A stretch of 64,000 bases of DNA from positions 98,272,001-98,336,000 of the forward strand of contig CM052817.1 of NCBI GenBank assembly GCA_028534125.1. Direction: 5' to 3'. The position numbers and the translations under genes are program-made. Shown piece by piece: positions 53,836 through 64,000 of the stretch (positions within the stretch are counted from its first letter, which is position 1; the number at the start of each line of letters is the position of its first letter). Under the pieces are notes generated by a model. It was not told the origin of the DNA, made no database searches, and was given only the letters and a program-made list of their open reading frames with translations. This stretch comes from Lama glama. Taxonomy: Eukaryota.

Positions 53836-54138
53836 CTTTTGTTTTTGTTTTTGTTTTAAACATTTTTATTGATTTATAATCATTTTACAATGTTGTGTCA
53901 AATTCCAGTGTAGTGCACAATTTTTCAGTTATACATGAACATATATATATTCATTGTCACATTTTTTCTCTGTGAGCTACCATAAGATCTTGTGTATATT
54001 TCCCTATGCTATACAGTATAATCTTGTTTATCTATTCTACAATTTTGAAATCCTGTCTATTCCTTCCCACCCTCCACCCCCTTGGCAACCACAAGTTTGT
54101 ATTCTATGAGTCTATTTCTGTTTCGTATTTATGTAAAC
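53836..54138 (-). mobile_element. Young camelid-type L1 3'UTR fragment with perfect 14-bp TSD
   Basis: agcatgtatctttg at 53822-53835 and 54139-54152. (TTTTG)n tail at the left end. Body tttattgatttataatcattttacaatgttgtgtcaaattccagtgt…ccccttggcaaccacaagtttgtattct. Confidence 0.9.
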
Positions 54139-55349
54139 AGCATGTATCTTTGGAAGGAAGCAGTAAAACCATCTTTATTCACAGACTACATGTTTGTCTA
54201 TGTAAAAAATTCTATGCAATCTATGAAAAGCTACTAGAACTAATAAATGAGGTTAGCAAGCTTGCTGATTAGAAGACCAATATAAAAAAATCAGTTGTGT
54301 TTTCATATGCATACAACAAAAAAATCTGATTTGCTATTAAAAATTATCATAAAATAAGAAATATGTAAAGACAAATTAGATAAAATACACGTAAAACTCG
54401 AACACAGAAAGCTACAAACACTGCTGAGGGAAATTAAAGAAATCCTAAATAAATGGAGAGCTGTATCATACCTATGGATCAGAAGATTCAATATTGTTAA
54501 CATATCAGTTCTACCCAAACTGATCTATTGGTCAATGCAATCCCCATCAATGTCCTAGTAGGTATTTTTGTAGAAATTAATGAGATGATTTTAAAATTCA
54601 TATGGAAATGCAAAGTACCTAGAATAGCCAGAACAATTTTGAAAAAAGAATATAGTTGGAAGTTTTATACTACCAAAGTTTAAGGCTTATTACAAAATTA
54701 CAGTAATCAATACAGTATGGTATTCACATAAAAATACACATGTAGGTCAACAGAACAGAATTGAAAGTCCAGAAATAGATCCATACATATATGGTTGAAT
54801 TGATGTTTGATAAAGATACAAAGGCAGTTTAGGAAAGACGGTCTTCTTAACAAATGTCAAAACATCTTTAAGTAAGTACATTTAAATATGTGCAGTTAAC
54901 TGTACGTCAATTAGGTTTCAATAAAACTGTTAAACAGCTTAAATAAAATAGGTTATTTTCTAGAAATTTTGATTTGAAGGAAAACATTAGAAACTAAGTT
55001 TTAAAAGAAAAAGGGTGGGTGGAAAAGCTTTAAACAAACAGGAAATGGGATGTGATGAACTGGAAGTAAAAGAGCCAGAGGCTGCATCATAGAGATTGTG
55101 AAAGGAGACTAGTGATGAGAAAAACATCAGGCCTTGCAGACAATAGTTAATAATTGTTATACATATAATGGAAGGCCATAATAGAGTTTTAAGATTCTGG
55201 GTAATCCTATGATTGGTGTTACACATTTAATAGACCCCTCTGATTCCTCTATGCTGAAAAGCAATATTGGAAGGATAGAGATTGGCTAAGAGGCTATTTG
55301 CAGTAGTCCAGGCACAAAACAATGAGCTTTGTAAAAAGGAAGAACAGAG

Positions 55350-56545
55350 GGACAATCCAAAAATGACATTTAAGAAAACAATTCCATTTACAATAGTATA
55401 AAAAAGAAGAAAATAATTAAAAATAAAATTAATGAAGAAATGCAAGACTTACATACTAAGCACCACAAAAGGATGAATTTGGATGCCTACCTCACACTAT
55501 ATACAAAAATTAACTCAAAATGGATCACAGACCTAAATATAAGCATTAAACTGTGAAACTCCTAGAGGGAAACACTGGAATTTATAAACTTGGAGCAGGC
55601 AATGGTTTCTGAGAAACAATATCAGAAACATAGGACCAAAAAAAAAAAAAAAAGATAAATTGGACTTCAAAAAATCAAAAACTTTAGCTTCCAAGGACAC
55701 TATCAAGGAAATGAAAAGACAACCCACCGACTAGGAGGAAATATCTGCAAATTTTATTTGAGATAATGCACTTGTATACAGAATACATAAGGAACAACTC
55801 AATGGAAAAAGAAAAATTAATCAATTTTAAAGTGGGCAAATTATTTGAATAGACTTTTCTCCGAAGAAGATATACAAAGGGCCAACAGCACATGAATAGA
55901 TGTTCAACATCATTAGTCATCAGGGAAATGTAAATCAAAATTATAGTGAGATACCACTTCACACCTACTAGAATGACAATAACAAAAAAGACAGACAGTA
56001 ACAGGTGTCATCAAGGATTATAGAGAAGTTAGAACCCTCATGTATTATTGATGCAATTGTAAAATGATGCAACCACTTTGGAAAAGAGTTTATCAGTTCT
56101 TCAGAATGCTAAAGTAGAACTATCATATGACTCAGCAATTTTACTCTTAGGTATCCATCCATGAAAAATAAAAACATGTCCATACAAAAACTTGTACATA
56201 TATGTTTGTCACAGCATTATTAAGAATAGCCCCAAAGTGGAAACTAATAAAATGTCCATCAACTGATTAAGAATAAGCAAAATGTTGCTTATCCATATAA
56301 TGGAATACTATTTGGTAATAAAAAAGAATAAAGTACTGATACATGCTACAACATGGATGAACTCCTAAATCCTTAAAGAAAGGAAGTCAGTTATGAAAGA
56401 CCACATACTGTATGATTCCATTTATGTAAAATATCTAATATAGGTAAATCCATAAAGGCAGACAGTAGATCAGTGGTTGCCTATGGCTGGGGATTGGAGA
56501 TGGACAGCAGCCAGGTAGGGTATGGGGAGGGAAAGCTATTGGTAC
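55350..56545 (+). mobile_element. L1MB-like ORF2 3' part + 3'UTR
   Basis: tatacaaaaattaactcaaaatggatcacagacctaaat…aagtactgatacatgctacaacatggatgaac…gaccacatactgtatgattccatttatg…cagtggttgcctatggctgggg. Confidence 0.85.
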
Positions 56546-58996
56546 AAGTTATAATTCTGAATACATAAACAAAATAAGTTCAGGAAAAAATAATGGTGAA
56601 ACCTCTGATCTAAAATTTATAAGAATATATATATTCAGTAAGTAAATTTAAGGGTCAAGATTAATGAAAAGCAATAACAAAATGAATGAAAATAAAATAC
56701 TAAGAACATTTAAATTCTAAAGCGTAAGATTAGTCTAAAATTCCTTTTAGTGTTTTGGGGGTTTTCTATTTGTTTACTTTTTTTAATTTCCAGTCTTGGT
56801 AATCCTGCTGTGTGGTGGGTTTTAATTTGTTAATATCTAGTTTGACAGAAAAGACAGAAAAACAACTTAGGAGTTAATTTTCTTATAGTAAAGATTAGAA
56901 AAGAGAGATAAGCTATTTTAGCCAATGTTCTTATAGACAAATTAGTTTGGAGTCAAATATTTTGAAAGTTAATTCAGAATTTAATACTTTAGGTACAAAA
57001 GCTTTTCTCTAAGTGGCAAGAAACACAGAAATTTAGTAACTGAGTTATAGATTGCAAACAAACCAATCCAACCTATAAACACTTTTTAACTTCCATGATC
57101 CTCTGCAAAGTACTAGGTTTGGGGATTATGCTCTACCTCTACCACAGATTAGTTTATCATTTGGGTGCTGTAGGCAGCCATCCAGTATAGTAAATGGCTA
57201 ACATAAGTCATAACAATAAAGCTAGATGGAGGGTTTCTGTTACTGTTATTTTACTTTCAGCACCACTAGATTATAGTGCAGTGGGACTGTGAATCCCTGA
57301 ACGATGCCTTGAAAATGTTCCCATATGTTTCATAGAGTGGCTTTCACTATACTGAAACCAAAAAAAAAAAAAAAAAAAAAAGTTTAAATAGCTCAAGAAA
57401 CATACCTCTTATTCTAATAGGCTGTGACATGATAATATACACAAGATGAATGTTAAACAATTGTTGCTTCTCTGCTTTCAGCGGGATAAAACAGACTATA
57501 GGATGAAAGCAAAGGATGCTCTGCATTAAGGTATTTATCACATTTTCTCTCCTTATGGTCAGATACAGCCTTCTCAGCCATTCACCTCCGTTTTGCCAAT
57601 GCATGGTACTTAGTAGGTACTTAATAAACATTGTTGGATTAACTAAAAAGAACAATGAAGACTTAACTGCAAAAACAAAGCAAGAAATAGTTTACCTTTT
57701 TTTTTTCTTCACCTGGTTTCAAAGTTTTGGAAATGGATGGGTACATGTATAATATTATTTCTTTAGCTGTATAAAAAATCCACTCTAGAGTTACCAAAAT
57801 AACTGAATTACTGTTTGAGTAACATAATTATATTGCCACAGGTTAAAAAAACTCTCTGGGATCAAGGATGGAATTTTTTTGGTATTAGATAGAGTGTCTA
57901 AGTACCAACTGATCCTAAGAGGATCAATATTAACATACTGAAAAGAGGGAAAAAAGGAGAAAAAGGAAGGCAGGGAAGAAGAAAGGATCAAATGACAGTA
58001 TAAACTAACCAATGGACCCAGAAAGCTGTAATGCTTTTTAATACTCACCACTGCTATTTAGGACGAAAGGTACTGAAAATCATTGGAAAATCTTTATTTC
58101 TAATGGACTAAGCATGTCTACTTCAAAAAATAATCAAGTATTGATTTTCAAAATTCCTTCTGGACCCCTTGACATACTACTATAATACTACTTAACATTT
58201 TCTCTGGTTAAAAAAAAAATCAATGCCAATATATGTCATTAAAGCAAGGTGAAGGGTCATGTGGAACGCTATTGTTTATGGTAAGGTACATTAATAACCA
58301 TTTTTACCATAACATCAAGAATCCTTGAAAAAAATACCCATTTTGCTTATGAACATCTGTTTTTATATCAAACTAGATTATAAAACAGCAAAGGAAAGAA
58401 ACATGAGGAAAATGTATCATCTTTGGTTTTACTTTCAATTTTAAAATTGACTGTAAAAAAAGGAAGAAAAATTCTAATGAGGCAAGTTTCTTGTTAATGG
58501 TAACAGGAAGCCAATCAAACTGAAGGAATGACTTACATATATCCATCCTGAGGCTGTATGTGACACTGCAGATAATTTTCAAGAGAAGAAATTTCCATAA
58601 AAAAGACTGAATTTTAACAAAATTTGGATTAGTCCCAATAGAAATGTCTTGTGTCATCCTATGAAGTTGCTTATTACACTGTCTAGGAAAAGAAGTGATA
58701 AATGACTAAAGATTGAAGAGATTTGGGGGAAACCATATGCCCAGAATATAAATGGTCAAAATGGCTGTGGCTTGGATAGAAGATAAATATGAGTTCCCTA
58801 GACGTGAAGAAACCCAAATCTGTTAGAAGGAAGATACAGCAGCCTGAGAACTGACGCAAACTTCTATTCCAAAAGAGCTTTCTTTTTAAATAAAATATTA
58901 GAAAATGAGAAAGTAGAGATCCTTCCTACAAAAATCAGTTGCTTTTACAGACTTTATTGCATGTATCTTATGCATATATATATTGCATATGTATTA

Positions 58997-59044
58997 TATA
59001 CCTCTCTGTATACACTGACCTATACCTCTCTGTATACACTGTAC
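58997..59044. repeat. Tandem duplication, ~24-bp unit x2
   Basis: tatacctctctgtatacactg at 58997-59017 and again at 59021-59041. Confidence 0.85.
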
Positions 59045-59120
59045 CTAAAAGACATTATTTGTAATATCTATTAAGTCACCTATGAATTCTTTGGAGATTT
59101 TATCACCATACTGTTCTATA

Positions 59121-59250
59121 TCAGCGCTGCCCAAATGCACACCATGATTTGGCAGGTCTGAGGCGGAGCATGAAATTGTGCATTTAATGGGCATTTCTAC
59201 CCTGAGTGCAAATGACATCAGTGTTGCTGATATCAACGAACACTGAATGC
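59121..59250. mobile_element. MER5-like hAT relic
   Basis: gcaggtctgaggcggagcatgaaattgtgcattt…tgttgctgatatcaacgaacactga resembles the MER5 3' half. Confidence 0.45.
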
Positions 59251-61465
59251 AAAGATTCTTACGGGCTGACTAGCCAATGCAGGCGAAGGGTCTTTTTCAG
59301 GGTTAGATCAAAATTAGAATGACACTTCTTCAGAAAATGACTCGATCAGAATAATGACAAATACCGGTAGAGAATGGCAGGCTGGACCGGCTCTCTCAGT
59401 GTTCATGTGTTTCCTTGAGTATTTTAAGGACAAGGAGGGAGAAGAAAGAGCGTTAGAGGAATGGATGTAAAGGAAAAATTATGCATCTTTCCTCATCTCC
59501 ACAACAGCACCTACCACCTACATACAGTACACTGAAGTTAATTTTCCATAAAGCAGTAAGACTGTTCCCTACAGTTTGAATTTCTGTCTTTGCTTGTTTA
59601 TCTTGCATGTGTCTTTTTCTCCATTTTCCACTCAGAGCCCATTAGTTATCATGGAAACAACGACTTGGGTGTGCATGAGGAATAGAGGCATAAGTATTTT
59701 CAACTGAGGCAAAGTGCCACAAATTACATTCAATTCTCAGAGCTGGGTTTATACCACAGTTGGACAGCAGCAAAATTAAATCAGAAATTAGACTGCTGAA
59801 TTATTCTGGATTCAACTTTAGAAGGCAGACTGCTAGTCTCTGCAGGAGAACATATGAATCTGAGCTACAGAGAATGATTAGGCAATGAACAACACACTGG
59901 GAGAAAATGGATTTGTAGGAGGAAGGGATAAATAAAAGTTCTCCATTTCTTTTCTACAAATTTCAAAATACCCCTTTGGTGTGAGGTGTTGGAATTACTG
60001 CATCAAAAAAAAAAAAACCTGTTAGAAAGAACTTAGGAAAATAGCATGATTTCCATGATTTAGGGAACAGCCTCTGGTTAGGAAATATAAAAGACAATCC
60101 CATTATATAAAAATTCAGTTTATATACACAGTCAAGGTGAAAATTACTAAGCTTGAGGTGTCCAATGAAAATCTGAACCTGATTCATTAAGTCATGAAGA
60201 CAAATGATGATCAAACAGAGCACTTTAAAATGAACTGCCATAAACAACAGGAGCACAGCTTACCGCTGCTATTAGCCATAATTGGGTTTTGGAAGGAAAC
60301 AGAAGCCGAATGCAATATAGGTAATTAAAGAACAAGCTTTTGTTAACACTGGCAATCAAGGGGTTGTGATTTTACAGACTTGGAACCTATTATGGTACCC
60401 TGAAACTAGTCTATTTTTAAACAGGGAGTGTATTTCTCCTTCTTACAACACTAAAGTATAATCCTGGCTAACAGACAGGTCGTTTTCTACTCAAACTATT
60501 TACTATCCATATAGGGGAAAGATGAGCATTTTTAGAATCCAGAATTACCATGGAAACCATATTCTTAATCCCTGAGGAATGGGGAACAACTGGTTGTGAA
60601 ATCACAATGGCTAAATTACGAGTCCCTAAATAGTGCATTATCGTAACTACTACCTCAATACCAAGCATATGGGGTTTTATTTTGTTTCCCTTTAAAATGA
60701 ACTTGTATTTTTTATAAGATACCTATAACATTTTGATTAGGTAACTTAAAGTAAATACGGTACTTCAAAACATGATGTCTGAGAATCAAAATTAAAATCA
60801 TAATGAATATAAAGGAATGATTACAATAGTCATATCAGATGTTCAGCATTTCTGGAGAAGTAACACAGACTTAGCTTTAAAAAAAAAGCTCAAAAGTAAA
60901 ACATAAAAATAACACCAGTAGACTTGATAAATAGGAATCTTTTTAGAAAGTTTCCAATCATACTACTTGGAAAAAAACCCTGAATCTCAAAGCAGCTCAT
61001 CAGAAACAAAGTTAGAGTAAACTGCATATTTCTTTCTAGGTTGGGTACAAAGGTAAAATTATAATGCTTTGTGGCATTCATCTTTTTCCTCTTTTATTGT
61101 GTTTGTAATATTGCCACTCATATAATTTAAATGAACTGCTGATCTCAGATTGTCCATACCTACCATCCCTCATTTGTACATTTATCCAGCTTCCTCCCAC
61201 TAGGCTGCAAGCCCCTCCAGTGAAGGAAGTCTGCTGCATAGAGCCTTTCTTCATGGTTGGTGGATAACTGAAGTATGATAATGATAACAGTCAATAATGA
61301 GTGCTTGCTTAGTTTGCACTAAGACAAATGCAATAATCTGATCAAGGGAGATGCCTTTTCTGCCTTTTCTGCCTTTTCTGTACAAGTCAGGCCTGCATCC
61401 GAAACAATTACTCAACTCTATGCATAACATAGAATTTCTTTCTGCAGACTTTTATCAAGAGGAAC

Positions 61466-61850
61466 ATGACTGAAAGATGGTTCCAAGGATTATTGTGGAC
61501 TGTTTACCATAAAAGAGTTGGGCTGCTTACCTTCATGAAGACTGAAAGTGCAGAAGGCCACGACAGCTGTGTACTAATGTTAGGAAGAATGCCAGAGGGA
61601 AGACAAGTAAGATGTGTCCCTGTAACTCCAGAAGGTAGAATTAGGAGAAAAGAATGTGCATTTCAGAGACAGAAGTGAACCATTTTAATGACATATTATT
61701 AAATAATTAGTGGTTTGAAAATGAAAATATTCTGGTGTAGGCAACAGTGTTCTGTCACTGACTATGTGGCCAGATAACTACTTTTCAGGAATGTTGATTA
61801 GGAGAATAGATGTCCACGAAAAAACCCTATCCAACGCTGATATACAATGA
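61466..61850 (+). mobile_element. CR1/L3 LINE 3' relic
   Basis: tgtaactccagaaggtagaattagga…ttcagagacagaag…gtgttctgtcactg…agataactacttttcaggaatgttg resembles a CR1/L3 3' end. Confidence 0.55.
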
Positions 61851-61939
61851 TCTTAAATTTGGTAGAATATCTGAATAAGGATACTGAGAACCACATTATT
61901 AAAGGAGAGAGAAAAGATACAATGAGAAACCTTACTTCA

Positions 61940-64000
61940 TTTTCTTATTCATACTGACAACAAATATGTATTGAGTGTATACCACGTGCCAGGTACTGTT
62001 CTAAGTTTTGGGGATGCATCAGTGAACAAAACGGACAAAGGTCACTGTTAGGGAATACAGACAATAATTAAGTACATTTCAGTTAGGATCTCAGTGGGAA
62101 AGAGATGACATACTTAATAAAAACATTACTTCAAAAAGGTAAGGGTGAGGTTTAGGGAAACCAACGAGGGCTGGTGCAAAATTCCAAGGCTACCAATTTC
62201 AGGGAGCTGTTATATGGTAGGCTTGATGGCACAAGAAAAGAGTATAGTTATTAAAACTCAAAGGGTCATGTGGCTTTCAGTAGAGAAAAACAGCCAAGTG
62301 GCAGAGACACAGCAGGGAAGGAGCTGAGGAAATAAATACCCCAGCCTCACTGCCCCTCTGCCCTCTGATCTAGCACTGCTGCCCACTAGGCTACACTCAG
62401 CTGGAACCCGAAGGACCAGAGACTGTTGATGCTGAGGGCACAGAGCAGGGTGGAGGAATGGCTCTGAAGGGGTAAATGAAAAATAGCCAGTATGGTATGT
62501 TAGAAGGTAATAAGTAAATAATAAAAACAATGATGGAGTAGGGAAAGAGGATAGGTAGTTTGGGAATCAGGAGAAGGTGTTACAAAATAAGAGTGGTCAG
62601 AGTAGACATAACTGAGAAGGTATCAACTGAACTAAGACTTGAAGGAGACAGGGCGTTTAGACAGTTGAAAATTTGGGTAAGGAATATTCCAAGAAGAAGG
62701 AATGGTCTGTGTGTGGCTGTTGTCTTTAAGAAAAAATAAGGCAGCCAGTATGATACGAGCAGAATGGATAAAGAGGAAATAGTAAGAGATGAAGACAGAA
62801 TGTTTCAGGGGGCCCGATAATACAAGATTTTAAAGGCTAGTGAAATGAATTTGGTCCTAGCAAGCTGAGTGGGATACTGATGAAGGGTTTTGATCGGAGT
62901 AAAGACACAACCTTACATATGTTTGAATGATCATTCTGGCTGCCGTTCTGGAAATAGGTGGTGGCAGGGAGAGGCAAGGATAGCATCAGGGCAGCATGCT
63001 AGGATGCTACTGCCATAACCCAAGCAAGAGGATGTTCAGACTAGGGTGGCAGCAGAGATGATTAGTAGTCAGATATAACTGAAGGTACAGCCAATAGGAT
63101 TTCATGACAGATTAGATGTAGAAGCAAGAGAAAGAAAGGAGTCAAAGATGCTCCTAGGTCACCTTGGAGAGTGGGAAGAATGTAATTGGTATTAACTAAG
63201 ATGGTAAGAATGTAAGTGGGGTCAATTTGAACCAGAAGATCAGGAATTTCAGATGTACTGAATATGGAGAATCTGTTGAATCTAAAGTGGATATATTGAC
63301 TAAGCAGATATATAAATGAACCTGGACTTGGGAGCAAGGTCTGGGCTGGAAATGGAAGATTGCGAGTGATCAGCATATATATGATATTTAAAGCAGTGAG
63401 ATAGAGGAGATCACAAAGAGAGTGAGTATGAACAGAGAAGGGAGGAGGGCCAAGGACTAGGGCTTGGGGAACTGCAATATTAAGGTGGTAGGGAGGTGGG
63501 AATCAACAGAGGAGATTGATAGAGAAAAAAATCAGAGAGTGAGGAGGAAAACCAGAAGATGTCTCTGAACAACAACAACAATAACAAAAATAAGTCTATC
63601 AAGAAGGGAATAACCAACCATGGGAAATGCTTCTAGACCAAGTAAGATAACAATTGGACTTAGCAAAATGAAGGCTATTGATAAACTTGACAAGAGCAGT
63701 ACTGGTGGAGTGATAGGGAGGGAGGGATGTGACAATAGTGGATTTGAGATACAGTAAAAGGAGAGGAATCAAAGACAATGAATGCAGACAACTCTTTCAA
63801 GACAGTTTACTGCAAAAAAAAGTTGTAATTGACAGGAAGAAATTTTTCTGTTTTTTTTTTAATGTGGGATAAATAACATGTTTGTATACTGATAGAAAAC
63901 ATTCAGTAAAAAAGGAAAATTGATGATTTGGAGAGAAAGGTGAGAGCTGCTGGAGCAATGGTCTCAAGAAGGTAAGTGCTGGAGCTCAGGCACAACTAAA
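61940..64000 (-). mobile_element. Long L2 (L2a-like) fragment, interrupted by an LTR and running off the window end
   Basis: 3' end caacaaatatgtattgagtgtataccacgtgccaggtactgttctaag…gtgaacaaaac. Purine-rich L2 body 62493-64000 (gaaagaaaggagtcaaagatg, tgggctggaaatggaagatttg, ggtgagagctgctggagc). Confidence 0.8.
62073..62492 (-). mobile_element. ERVL LTR (LTR33/LTR41-like) nested in L2
   Basis: Reverse complement begins …ctggctatttttcatttaccccttcagagccattcctccaccctgctctgtgccc…gatcagagggcagagg…ggggtatttattcc, matching LTR33/41-type starts as I recall them. Confidence 0.6.

Larger units (their letters stand above)
50820..54935 (+). mobile_element. Long decayed L1 (L1M4/L1MC-like): ORF1, ORF2 with deletions, 3' end; hosts three nested insertions
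   Basis: ORF 50943..51155 is an ORF1 coiled-coil remnant (FHMFKKLEERLNKLNRNM). ORF2 endonuclease region ~51540-52005 and RT/C-terminal regions ~52420-54860. 3' end …tgtacgtcaattaggtttcaataaaactgttaaa. Confidence 0.85.

Noticed and set aside
1..64000. A novel multi-gene, CRISPR-like or prokaryote-style system
   Set aside because: The window is mammalian intronic DNA. The longest ORF is 131 aa, there is no repeat-spacer array, and the structure is explained by one exon plus known interspersed repeats.

Overview
Eukaryotic, AT-rich, repeat-dense mammalian genomic DNA, most likely from a camelid. The evidence is a tRNA-derived SINE at 12626 resembling the camelid Vic-1 family and cetartiodactyl/camelid-type L1 3'UTRs. 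The only well-supported coding feature is one 162-nt internal exon on the minus strand (37339-37500), which I recognise from memory as a C-terminal exon of IQCM (IQ motif containing M). The rest of the window therefore appears to be IQCM intron, filled with L1, L2, MIR, CR1/L3, LTR (MaLR/ERVL) and DNA-transposon (hAT, Tigger) relics, several of them nested. The ORFs in the supplied track are short chance ORFs or L1 remnants. I found no CRISPR array, rRNA, true tRNA or novel multi-gene system. The most notable observations are modest: an L1 reduced to its 5'UTR plus the start of ORF1, with a possible target-site duplication; a layered L1 carrying three nested insertions; a candidate cryptic IQCM exon; a G-quadruplex motif; a small hairpin; and a homeodomain-motif cluster. 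Repeat subfamily names come from my recall of consensus sequences, and boundaries of old repeats are approximate.
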